NCBI GenBank assembly: GCA_964035545.1
Contig: OZ037766.1
Span: forward strand, 8,918,722-8,982,721
Reading direction: 5' to 3'
Source: Bugula neritina
Lineage: Eukaryota > Animalia > Bryozoa
Length of the DNA: 64,000 bases
The notes under the pieces were generated by a model. The model was not told the DNA's origin. It did no database searches and saw nothing but the letters and a program-made list of their open reading frames with translations. The position numbers were made by a program, and so were the translations under genes. This document shows, one piece after another, positions 15,201 through 26,945 of the stretch (position 1 is the first letter of the stretch; each line of letters opens with the position of its first letter).

Positions 15201-18200
15201 CACTAAAAGACTCCGGTTACAGGTAACTAATAGTCTATTGCTCTACCATTACCTAATGCTATGGTGTATTTTTCAAGTTTAATATAAATTATGTCAGTAT
15301 CCAAAATAAAAATATCTTAAAATATTATACCGAAATAACTCTTGTTCAAAAATGATGAGTACTGCAATTATGATAATGCTATTAATTATATTAATAGCTT
15401 ATTCTATCATAGAAACATTATTTATAAACATCAAATAAGTTGAAATTTTTTTCCAATGTTCCAGTTCTTGATAATTGTTTAAATTTTTATTTCCTTGTGA
15501 ACTTTCACCTTCCAATCTGTAAGCGCTGCCTTCTTGTCTAGAAGTATGGGAGATAGAGGAAGTAACTCCGCGAGCAGCATATCTAGTTTGTCAGCTGAAT
15601 CTCCAACTGTCAATCGTTCTTTTCAATTTGACACGAGGGAACATATTTACTGCGAACCTGCTCCACTGTCATTAGATGACAGCATAAATCAAGGTATTTT
15701 CTATATTAGCTGTCATTAACTATAAGATAATTAATTGCTCACTCTTGGTTAATATAAAAACCGATTTATTATAGTAGGTGATTATTTATAATAATCTAGG
15801 ATTAGCTTAGTGTTATCAGATTTTAATGCTAAATATAATTAACTCAATACATTCTGCTGATTTATTGCTCTTGCTCTACTATAATAGGTTTAGTGTTCTA
15901 TTTTTAAAACTTACAGTAGTTGAGAAATTCAAAAACAAGTTTGTCAAAGTTATTTACTAAAAAAGGCGTAATTTTCAGTCAAGATATATTGGTAAAGTGA
16001 TTTTTATCCCATAGATTTGAATCCATAGAAATATTTTATAAACTTTGAATCTATGGATCTATAGAAATATTTTATAAACTACAAACTCTGTAGATGACCC
16101 GCTGCATGCTGACTCTGCTAGTGATGATTTTGATTTCCCACCTCCACCCGCTGAGTTACTCAGTAACGGCAGCAATCATTGCAAGCAGCTGTCTGAGGCC
16201 AGTCTGCTGTCAGAAGCGAGCACAGTGAAACACAGGAAGACCCCCTCAGTTGAGAGTCTCACTGCCCTACCAGACACCCCCTCTGAGAGTTTACTCGATG
16301 AGTTAAACAACCTCTCTCTCTCGGGTTAGTGTTTCTTACCTCGTCTACATATTCTGTCTGTATGCTGTTCTGTTTTTGGTACACTAGTTTTTATATTTGT
16401 GAGATCAAAATATAATCTATCATTTTCAAACATTTTGCATCTGTTGAGTTAAGATTTTATCAATTTGAATTGATTATTTGATTAGTCTCCCATTTTTTTA
16501 AAGATACATTATTTTACAAGAGGGATTTGTAATGATATTCCATCAAATTTTTCTTGATAGATTCAAAATTAAAAGGAATGATTCAGTCAGCTGAAGAATT
16601 TCTTCAGAAATCTTTTGACCGGGAGGAGAGAAATGAGCTGAGTACATCGCTCGCTTTCTGCCGGCAGTCCGTCAGTAAGTATATCATAAAATCCGGTTCT
16701 ATTCGTCAGTTGCTGAAGTTCTTTTGGTAATTTTTAACTTATTTGATCAGCTGTTTACTAGATCAATGATCTGTTACATGTTCAGCTTTATATCATGACA
16801 TGTTTTCTCACCAAATACCATCTTACTTATCAGATTTGGATATGCTTCCTTGCTACAGCCTCAAGTGTTGTGTTTTTAAGAATAGAAGTAGAATAATATG
16901 TTGAAGGTCTGGTTGAGTTTGTGCATATAGAGATTTATCTACAGGTGATGAATAGGCAGTATTTCTGTTTTTGAAGGTTTGCTCAATTCAGTGCTGAATC
17001 AAAAGCCAGAAAGTAAGCAGCTAGTAACACTTGTACAGTCTAAGCATGACTACTGCTCAAATAGAGTTCAGCATCTCCTCACCAAAGTGGTGGGAGACGG
17101 TGATGATGATAGAGAGACTGCAGCTAGTTCTACTGCCTCCTCTTCCGGCAAACACGTTATGACGGAACTGTATATAGATAACCAGACTAAGAGAGAGGCG
17201 GCATCGTCAGACTATACTCCTCTTCATAATGCTATACACAAAGCACCAACTTCTGGCAGAGAAAATACAAAACCTCGTAGACTCAGTCGCACTGATAGTC
17301 AGCTTAGTAACTGCAGCAGCACAAACTCATCAACAGGCCACCATTCTGTCAAGTCAGCAAGCACAGCTGGTAGCTCAGATCGAGTTATACACACCGTTCC
17401 CCCTAAATTGCAATACTCAATTTTACAGTTGAAACAAAAGCAGCAGCAAGCTTCTAAGATGTCATCTAATTCGCAACAGCCTACTCATCACACACTTTTG
17501 TCCAAGCAAGCTCAGCAGGGTTATTCTCAAAGTCAATCGTATACTAATGGTTATGAGCCAGTTTGTCACACTACAACTTCTCGGCCTGCTACTCAAGCGC
17601 GGCCATATTGTAGACCAAGTTCTACCACTTCTAATATGTACAACGATGTTAACTCTATACCTAAGTCTAAACCTGTTCAGATGCAGCACTCTTTATATAA
17701 GGAGGTAAATATACCGACCACATTGCAACGGAATGACTATATACGAGAAGGCTACAAATCTCCGACAGTTGATAGAAATATCACTGCCAGCCCTACCCCT
17801 AGCGTTATCCCTCCTCCAAAGGAGTTTCAAGAAGTTGAACCTGTGCCAAGAAATAACGCCACCACAAACTCTCGCACTCTGTATACTAGTAGAATGCCGT
17901 ATTCTTCAACTGCTAAGCAAACATATTATCCAGTAAGTAGCTGTCAGTCATATGAAGATAGTCTGCCCACTTCTACCATTCAAAGTCATTCTCAATCTTC
18001 ATACTCCAGACAGACTTCCAGCTCAGCAAGTACTGATGGCTATAAAGAGTTACCGGCCAAGCAAAATATAAATAAACAGAATATCAGAGAGATGCTGGTA
18101 AAGGATATGCTCAAGCGTCAAGGCCAATCAAATATAGAATTGACTTCTCATTCAAACAATAAAAATGGCTTGTATACAAGTTCACAGCCATATATCCCGC

Positions 18201-18592
18201 AATATGAGGAGCCTCTGTGGATACCTCCTCAGCAGTCTGCGTTTGACAAAGGACTTAGTCACTATGATCGACCTAACTACCACAGGAAGAATATTTACGG
18301 GCAGGTTGTTCATAAACCCGATACTGACTACATGTCAAACTATCAACCTCAACATTCACTGGTTAGTCTATATGAATTTTATTCTTACAAATTTTATTGT
18401 TGAAAGTCTGGATTTATAAATATTTCGCAAAAGTATGTGCATTAAACTTTTAGCACAATGAAAAAGTTTAATGTGATATTATATTTCTTATAGTATGGTG
18501 AGAACATGCTGACGGATAACAGACAGACATACCGGCAGCAGAGCGAGCCAAGTAGAATACATCACAGTCACACATACTCAACCGAGCTCTAA
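264..18592 (+). CDS. USP54: USP53/USP54-family (echinus-like) ubiquitin-specific peptidase, about 1455 aa, 21 coding exons
   Basis: Phase-consistent GT-AG exons: 264-452, 1811-1903, 3082-3216, 3938-4051, 4251-4333, 5436-5535, 6301-6358, 7975-8069, 9006-9176, 10300-10456, 11027-11144, 12032-12333, 13413-13575, 14064-14287, 14375-14595, 15059-15222, 15542-15693, 16094-16324, 16561-16674, 16977-18361, 18494-18592 (sum 4368 nt, in frame). Motifs: Cys box [46 protein letters not shown], His box [34 protein letters not shown], and a MIT-like helical segment. In-frame TAG at 252 precedes the ATG. USP53 versus USP54 cannot be separated (probably a co-ortholog). Confidence 0.92.
2539..2636. repeat. 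Degenerate heptamer tandem repeat (TAGASTR-like)
   Basis: tagactg tagaata tagacta taaagta tagagta tatactg tagagta cagaatg tagagtg taggcta..., in a USP54 intron. Confidence 0.6.
9216..9370. repeat. 23-bp minisatellite, about 6.7 copies
   Basis: Unit TGTGCTGTGTGGTCACAACTACC, starting about 40 nt after the donor at 9177. Confidence 0.9.
10044..10117. repeat. About 19-bp minisatellite, about 4 copies
   Basis: Unit TACTTACACCCTCAGTTTT, in a USP54 intron. Confidence 0.85.
12318..12490 (+). repeat. 25-bp tandem repeat x7 containing the exon end and 5' splice site
   Basis: Unit TCTACTCTGTCTACCT|GTAAGTATA; GT at 12334, 12359, 12384, 12409, 12434, 12459 and 12484 (last copy GTGAGT). Confidence 0.95.
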
Positions 18593-19110
18593 GCTCACTG
18601 GCTTCACGGCACAAACAGTTTCTAAGCATTATAATATTTGAACCTACAAACCACAATCAACCTGTTGATTTTGTAGCTTTTCATACTTTCACCTACACTA
18701 CGATTGTAATCCCTTTTCTGTGATTATATGTAAAAAATATTTATGTACACTGATGATTATGATAATTTTACATATTGCACATATTCGTATATCAACTTGC
18801 ACATATACTTACATTTATTACATATCAAGTATTTATTGTGATCTCATTTCACAAACTGCTCCAGTTTTTATTAGGGCAACATTATATTTTCTAGTATCAG
18901 AAAAGCATAGCTATAAATGTTTGTGGATCTGATATTTTTACAATCTTTCTGTATGTACTGTAATGATTGTATATATACATGTTTCACTTTAAAAGAAATT
19001 TATTTTTACTAATCTGATTGTAATTATACGAATAATTGGTGCGAAATTTTTTGCGCAGGCATTTTTATGATCTACTTATCATATTTTAATATTAATATTT
19101 TAAACAAACT

Positions 19111-19131
19111 CTTTTATTTTAGAAATAAAAG
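19111..19131. terminator. Back-to-back polyadenylation signals for convergent USP54 (+) and LKAAEAR1 (-)
   Basis: Palindromic CTTTTATTT-TAG-AAATAAAAG: AATAAA on - at 19113-19118 and on + at 19124-19129. Confidence 0.5.
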
Positions 19132-19284
19132 AATAAACTCTTTGACTAATGACTATAATGTACAAATAAGTGTGATGTAGGTGACAATAAAATATACTTA
19201 ATATAATTGCGCAACATAAATATAAAAAATACTGTCTATTGAAGCATGGCTGAAATTTAGTATAATGGTGTATTACAGAGGATG

Positions 19285-22200
19285 TCAGTTGATCCTTTGA
19301 GTCAACAAGTTAGTGTCGTCATTCAGAAGTGCCTCGACATGATCTCTCTACATACAATGTAATACAAAACATAATCAACGCATCAGATAACAATGCATCG
19401 ATCAGAACTATTCTCACTTGATCTGTTTAAACTATTATCATTAGTAGTATAATATCACTTTGCTATTACTTGAACAGTTTCAACACAACTGAATCTTTAT
19501 AATACATACTTGAGTTGCTACGAGCCATTACTTGCAAACCCTTTTGAATTACTGCAACTTCATAAAAGCTATTTTTACAGCTGCTTTACCATAAGATGAG
19601 CCAAAACTGAATTGTGATGATTTACAACGGTACTTATACTCAAGCTATGATGGAAAAATGACTTACAGCAAGTTTTTCAAGTGTATCATTTTCCTCTTGT
19701 AATTCGGACTTGGCTGGGACAAGCGCTTGTAGCCGAACAGCTTGTAATGCTGACGGCTGACAGGATATGAGATGATTGATTTCTTGTCCTCTATTGGCCT
19801 GATACCTTAACCTCATTATTCTTATCCTGTTGCGAGCCTCTGCAGCTCTGTTAAATGATTCACATGATACATCAAAGAATATGGATTAAACTAATTCTAT
19901 ACCTGCAGGAAACATCTGTAATAAAGTAATAAGTATTATATAAATTAAGAAAATCAAGATTTATATGGGCATATCAGGAGGACACTTGTTGATTAAATGA
20001 AAAAAGTGCGATGTCAATTAATGTAATGTCACAGTGATTGACAAACCTATTGAGTTGCCCTAAACCATATACATCCATATTCAAGCCTGATTTTACAAAT
20101 TGAGCATTAATTGGCTATGAGATCATGCTATATTATCCATAAAAACCTCATTATGAGTATTCATACACAAAATCGAAAGTCTGTCTATAAATTTTCAGAA
20201 TATTTCATAATGCAGCAAAACTACCCACTGCATCCACTTGCCAAGTCAAAGTTTACTCAAAGTTGTCAATAATCGAGCTATAACAGGCAAGCCAAGATTT
20301 GTAGAGAATAATATGGTAAACTTTAGTTCCAAAATGTATGGTTGCTAAATTAAAAAAGTGAACAATGAATTTGTAACACCTTCATATGCTATTTAATATC
20401 ATGCTCACGAATATAATTCCTAATCATCTTACTTTAATTGTCCTATTAGTTTAGCATGCTGCTCCTTTTCCAGTTCTTCTTCTTTAGTGAGTGAAATATT
20501 TCGACTGTAGCAACAAAAACAATGTATAATTTGTAGCAATATATGGATACCCATTTATAATAATATAGATATCAGGATATATGTAGTGATTTATATTGCT
20601 ATGGCTATATGTCACACAGATTAATAAGCCCTCAACTTGTAAAAGGAGTGCTAAAGGACAAAAACACATATAAAGCTGTTGCCTTTTTAAATAAAAAGGT
20701 ATTTCATAAAAGTGAATTATGCTATAAGCAGTAATGCTTACGCTGCTTGTGCTTTCTTTTCATCCAATAGTCTCTTTTTGGTAACCGCAATATTCTCCGC
20801 TACAGCTTTATTTGGTTCTTCATACTGAAAATAAAACGATATGAATAGTTTTGTAATTCATACTTAGTAATAGGATGTCACAACATATCATAAATAACTA
20901 TATTTAAGTAAAACTAACAAATATGATTTATATTACCAGGATACTAAATGTTCTTCTGATTTATAGATATTCAGTGTATTCTGATAAAGAACAGGACTCT
21001 AGAATAGCTTTTAAAAGCCTTGAGCCCAATCTCGAGACCTTTGGGTAACTATTGTGGTAGCTAAACTGGGTGTCATTTCTCACATCAACGTATTCTTAGC
21101 CGCATTCTGATTTGAGTTATTGCTCATACTCAATTTAATCACAGTACATGATGACCATATATTATATGCTAAACTCTATAGATATGTCATATTTTATAAT
21201 TATATAAATCTGGTGTCAAACTAAATTAATGCAGAAATGAATGTGACTGGCTTTAAAATTTCAAACTTGATTTTTTTACCATTGACAATATATATAATTA
21301 CTAAGTTGATGTCAACTTAAAAACATTGTTGTATATCTTTCATACACTTGCTCATTTTTTCTTAGCAAATACTTATTGAATTATGTTTTACTATAACATA
21401 TGGGCAAGAATTTGAATTTCTTCTAAAACTTGGCTATAAAAGCTACACCAATAAATGAATTGCAGACCTGTAACTGGCTAACAACATAATAACATGTACT
21501 ATATTGCAACTTTTAATTATGTCAAGTACTTTGTCCATGTCATGTATAGAGAGCACAACTTCAAATCAGAGTGATTTAGCTGAAATAATATAAACAATTA
21601 ATGTTGAGGTATGGTCCAAGTAGCATATACGTATATTACGCATACAGGATGTGCACGAATGAGATAATAAAAATGTGGGTGTAGATGAGAGAGAAGTGTG
21701 AATGCATATAATAAACAATGAGTTAATGTATAATAATAATAAATGAAACTATATTGCTATTCTAGCTTGAAAAGCTTTATTCCTTTCTTACAGTCAAACA
21801 TTACAGTTTACAGGATTTGAAAATAATAGTAAAGATTGGCACTGGAGCTACCCTCACAGCAAAGCAAACGTACACACTATTTCTCAAGCCCTATCGAGGC
21901 AATAATATATATAATAGCAAATGTGAGATGTATTAAATCTTGATGAAATACCATTCAACTTTATTTAATTGCACCCAGCTACAGATTTGATATTTTAACA
22001 TTCTGCTCTTGATAACCTATTTAGAATCAAAACGGTTTTTTAAAAAGTTATTGTGTACAAGACCTAGTTTTTAAATATTATAAATGAATTTTTTGAAGCC
22101 TGAAGTTTTATCTCCATATATTATATAGTATACAGTTTTTAATTTACTGCTTCAAAATTTATAGTGTTGTATGATACCAACATAACAAAACATTCTAAAA

Positions 22201-22505
22201 ACAATCAAGTCACAAACCAAGAAACATATAGAAAGTAGCTTGGCTGGTTTTACAAAACATAAACTTGTTTGTGATTAATATTTTGACATAATAAGAGTCT
22301 TACAGCAGAATATCGACTCCGAGATACTGAATTCATCTTTTTTAACTTTTCTTCTGGAATCTTTTTCCAGTTATGAGGTTTGAACTTTCCATCTTCACCA
22401 TCAGCCTAAAAATAAAGTTTTACACAATTGAAAAACAATCATTTGACTGTTTATTATACTATTGAAAATATTATTGTATAAAGAAAAGGCACCAACTCTT
22501 ACCAT
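19285..22505 (-). CDS. LKAAEAR1: LKAAEAR motif-containing protein 1 homolog, about 167 aa
   Basis: Exons (-): 22503-22505 (ATG only), 22304-22405, 20742-20824, 20433-20504, 19667-19847, 19285-19347. Translation: MADGEDGKFKPHNWKKIPEEKLKKMNSVSRSRYSAYEEP...KLIGQLKAAEARNRIRIMRLRYQANRGQEINHLISCQPSALQAVRLQALVP...RDHVEALLNDDTNLLTQRIN*. The LKAAEAR motif spans an intron. Absent from the ORF track. Confidence 0.9.
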
Positions 22506-23387
22506 AATTCAGTTTGATTTGACTTTGGGTTTTTGTTCAATATCTCAACAGGGCATTTCCTCACTCACAAAATCTATACTTTTTATGAAGCTCAAAAAAT
22601 CCCAGGTAATCTGAAATAATTATAAATTATTATATTTGACATGATATATCAGAGCCATGCTACAACAAAATAAAATAAACAAATTAGATAATGCACACTG
22701 CATCCAATTAAAGCTAAAAATTAAACAAAAATAGCTATTTTCACTGACCAGCAATACTTTTTCCATGACATGTTTAAGTGACAAAAACTAATAGTAATTT
22801 TAAATATGCCAGTATTATTATACTAAGTTGGTTGAAGCATGCATATTGTCAGCTTTAATAAAACTTTTAATTATGATAATCCAATGAAAACAAGTAATTG
22901 AGAATTGCTTTAGTCATACCTTGGCAACATTGGCTAGACAACAACAAAAAACTTTGTATTACATTTAGTGTTTAGAATTAGAGTGCAAATTTATTTAATA
23001 CCAAGTTTTACTATAAATATATTTATATTAAAATCAGTGCAAGTATCTTATTTTTTACTTTTTATAATTATAGCTACGCCTACTAAAATTAAAAGACAAA
23101 ATGAAAATTACAAAACAAAATAATGAAAATATATACCATTATGATTATATGAATTAAAAATAAAACAGCATAAGACTAATCAGATTTGGGATTAGACTTT
23201 GCAAGTACATAAACTGATAAAGCAGACTGATATGCATAATTAGTAGTTACTATATTGATATTACTAAAAATTGACAAATAATAGGCCAAGCCTGTGGTTA
23301 AAACTTATCTAAAATCTATGCAGAAAAGTACTATTACTAAATTAGTACAGAGATGATTAATCATCCTTGACCTTTGCGCGTATTTAT

Positions 23388-23400
23388 GTTGCGTAGCAAC
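23388..23400. promoter_or_regulatory. RFX X-box-like site in the putative LKAAEAR1 promoter
   Basis: GTTGCGTAGCAAC (one mismatch to the classic RFX site GTTGCCTAGCAAC), in a CpG-containing patch about 0.9 kb upstream of the LKAAEAR1 ATG. Confidence 0.55.
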
Positions 23401-23997
23401 TATACGGAACACTTTTCGACAAATGAACGCCAAATATAATTTATAGAGAGGATAACTCTCTTTAGAAGAATAGGTTTTATAAAAAACACATTTAGTAGTT
23501 GCAGCTGATGCACACTTTTTTATTATCGAATGACCAGAATGCTGGCTGTGGTGTAAAATCTTTCAAATTTAAACTATTTTGCTAGCAAATAAATTGGCTA
23601 GTAATGACGAGAACTAGGCACAGACATGACAACACATAGTTGGCACCATCTCATAAACCTTATTTAAGATTTTCTGATGAAACAAAAGCCGAATGAGGAT
23701 TACATAAGTTTTGCAGTATTAAGAGATAAATACATAAATTTTATTTTATAACTATATTTTTCAATTCAATTATATACATCATTTCTAGAAAATCACATTT
23801 TAAAGCAGTTTTTATTTTATAAAAGCACACTATGTGAACTTATATAACTTAACAGATATTAAAGTTAGCACTAAATACAATACAAAGAGTAAATGCTATA
23901 GAGAATTCAGTAATCCTAGTAAATATTATATACAACGAGAATAAAATGGCAAGACTGAATTAGCCCTGAGTCTATTCTGTTTTGTGAAGTCTGGATG

Positions 23998-25131
23998 TCA
24001 TTGAAGACCCAAAAGTTTCTCTATTGGATCATACTGCCAGTTGGTACTCTCACAGCTTGCTAGTAGACTGCTCAGATTCTTTAGCCTTTTATTGTGCTGA
24101 TCTATAAAAACATCAAACAATGCAAAACACTCCCTGACAACTAGAAAAGACTGATATATTGCATAATTTAAAACCAGCAAAATATTAAGTGCACTACTAA
24201 TGATAATTGCCTTCACAACTGATTCAAATTCAAATTACATTTGAAGGATACTTTTCACAGCTTTTAAATTAGGATTCTAAGATTTTATGATACTGTTAAA
24301 AAAAGCAACTAGGTCATAGGAAATGGGGATGCTTGGTTAGTTGGAGAATGGCTCTTTGATATCATGACAAAGTATTCGGTCTAAACTACCACTTTGAACC
24401 ATGTTACCAGCATGGGTGGAGCAAAAAGAAAAGTAAATGCCATATTATAACTCAACAGGCTTTCAACTATAAATTAACCATGAGTTTTTGAAACATGAAA
24501 TTAAAAAAAATATACTTTAACTTATTCCGTTTAATGTCTAGTTGACACTCCAATTTCTTATGAGTGATTTGTAAGTCACAAATATTATTTGTTGAAATGC
24601 TAATTGCTAAAGGATTGCTAGACAAAAACACATCCAAGAACCCTGCTAGCCAAACCCAGTTGAAAATAAAAAAAGATCATAAGTCCCTAGAATACTCCCT
24701 GTCCTGTCTCCATCACGAAAAAAATATCTAAAAAATTTATAAATTTATCCACTGACACTTACATTTGGTCTGTATATGACTGGAGCTACTTCCTTTTAAC
24801 TCCAGTGTAATACTTGTATTTCTCAATGCTTTATTCTCAAGATCTTCTGTAATCAATACGACATTTAAAACTCATCTAATCACATGAGTTGAAATCAAGT
24901 GGAAAAATATTAACGAACTTGTAAAATGTATGAAATATGTAAAAAAACGAGATCTGCAACTCTCAACAACATTTATAGATAAGATAATATTATATTTAGC
25001 AATACCACCAAGGTACCTTTTCCATTATTAGATTTAGTGGGTTCTGACTCTTCCACTTCAGTACAAGGTGAAGTAAACAAGGACTTTCTTAATGGGAGTA
25101 GATTTAACGGCACTTCAGAGCTTGTTGCCAT
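23998..25131 (-). CDS. ANAPC16: Anaphase-promoting complex subunit 16 homolog, 113 aa
   Basis: Exons (-): 25017-25131, 24763-24846, 23998-24140, all phase-consistent. PLRKSLFTSP matches APC16 PPRKALFTYP; C-terminal QHNKRLKNLSSLLASCESTNWQYDPIEKLLGL matches APC16 [32 protein letters not shown] (recalled human sequence). Probable 5' UTR exon ends at the donor at 25613. Confidence 0.85.
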
Positions 25132-25599
25132 GGGTGACAGTACTCTATTACCTATATAGTAAAATAGTATAATAAAATGAAAGAGTACTTTTACTTGTGG
25201 TGCTATAGATGTATTCAAGTATTATTTCATACTTGACATTTTGTATGCTATACCACTACAATATAATATACTACAGATATAGCATCCTGCTTCCCTGCAA
25301 CCTTAGTTAGAGCTTAATATTGTTTTGTATTGAATACTTCCATGTATTCTATCTTTTCCCCATTTATAATATATCTTTTCTTCCATACATAGTGTATGCC
25401 TACTATATAGAGTAGCAGTAACATTAAATAGACACACACTTACAAGGTTATACACCATGATACAGGACATACAACTAATTATTGGAGATGGTACAACATT
25501 AGCCCTAAAAGTATACTTCCACATATATGATGTTTCGCAACAGGACTTCTAGCCTAAGGATTATAGCACTTTGCTCTTTAGCTATAAGATACTTATCAC

Positions 25600-25770
25600 T
25601 TTCGTACCCTTACCTTTTATGTTGAGTGACGGAGCTCTGGCTACAAGAAGTAAGCAATGAGAGAACCTTCTGTCTAAACGTGGCAGCTTTGGTACAGGAT
25701 TCCAGATCTCTTGTACACTAGAGTCCGTCGTAAGCAGATGTGACTGAAGAGAAGAATAATACCGGTAAGT
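25600..25770. promoter_or_regulatory. Compact head-to-head promoter / first-exon region of ANAPC16 (-) and ESYT (+)
   Basis: Relatively GC/CpG-richer patch with outward-facing donors: - strand AAAAG|GTAAGG at 25613, + strand ACCG|GTAAGT at 25765. Confidence 0.55.
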
Positions 25771-26194
25771 GTGATACCAACTATCAACGCGTTATAGTTA
25801 TACACATGTAGAATATTCTAATTGTATGCATACCCTGTGTTATATTAGGTACTTAGTAGTTGAAAACCCCCAGTACTCAATATAACAGTGGCAAGGGCTG
25901 TTGGATTTTTTAAGCTTTAAATACTAGTACTTATACTATCACTATGACAGTGAGTATGAGTATGTACTAGTGGTCTATAGAGCATAAACTTTAGACTTAG
26001 TTGGATGTGACTGCGTCGTACAACTAAAATTTCAAACCAAAGACCAATCTCTAATAAAAGTTAGAACTGACTGTACTGTAAAAAAACTATTCTTTTTAAG
26101 TTTACTATTCGAATCGATAGTTCCTACCGAGTACCAATAAATTGCAGATTGAGTTATCTTTCAATGATTCCAACTAGCGATGTAAATTCCAAGC

Positions 26195-26342
26195 ATGGTT
26201 CTATAAGCAGTTCCGAGTTGGTGGTGAATGAGTGCAGTAGTTAGGGGTTCGCGAGTTTAGAATTGGAAGTATAACTCTATACGTTAGAACTCCGAACTAC
26301 TGCACTCACTCACCACCAACTCGGAGCTGCTTATAGAATCAT
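26195..26342. repeat. Long inverted repeat (56-bp arms, 5 mismatches, 36-nt loop); MITE remnant or hairpin RNA
   Basis: Left arm 26195-26250 ATGGTTCTATAAGCAGTTCCGAGTTGGTGGTGAATGAGTGCAGTAGTTAGGGGTTC; right arm 26287-26342 is its near reverse complement. Confidence 0.85.
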
Positions 26343-26689
26343 TCAAATTTAAAAGTATTTAGTGTGCAATTCTAAACTTTGAACGAGGGTATTGTTTAAC
26401 CTCCACAAGTCGAACAGTAAAATATACAAATCTCTGTTATTAATAAGGTCAAGGCCAAACTAATTTATCTTTGGATGAAGCTGAATTGTATAGTTGCATT
26501 GTGATTGTGATTGTAGTGGTTACAGGCTACAGTGTAAGCTTAGCAATCAGTGCAATGCAGTGTTATCAAGATAAGGGTACAAATGCATTTACTTTAAACA
26601 CTGATGTAAGTTTTGGGACTTATCTGCCATAATTGGATGAGATAAACTTGAAGCTGTACTCTGAAAATTTGGAAATATAGTTATACTTA

Positions 26690-26945
26690 TACTAATAGTA
26701 ATTTAGTAATAATAATAGTAATACTAATAGTAAATGTAATACTAATAAATACTAAGTCTAATACTTATACTAATAGTAATACTAATAGTAGTAGTAGTGC
26801 TATAGTAATACTAATACGAATGAGCATCAGTATCAGTATGTTCACTTAAAGTTGATACCGCAAGCATAGTAATACTAATAGTAATGCTAATACTGTAATA
26901 GTAATACTACTACTAGGTCTAGTAGTAATACTTGTATTACTATTT
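26690..26945. repeat. Hexamer-periodic AGTAAT/ACTAAT low-complexity tract in the ESYT 5' intron
   Basis: Repeated AATACTAATAGTAAT and variants. Confidence 0.8.

Noticed and set aside
16021-16080. 24-bp direct duplication ATCYATAGAAATATTTTATAAACT
   Set aside because: Short AT-rich local duplication with no evident function
16979-18403. 474-aa ORF as a standalone gene
   Set aside because: It begins at a splice acceptor (16976) in phase with upstream USP54 exons; it is a large exon of that gene
24763-25131. These exons as an N-terminal extension of LKAAEAR1
   Set aside because: Joining to the 22503-22610 exon hits a stop, while joining to 23998-24140 gives a full APC16-like protein
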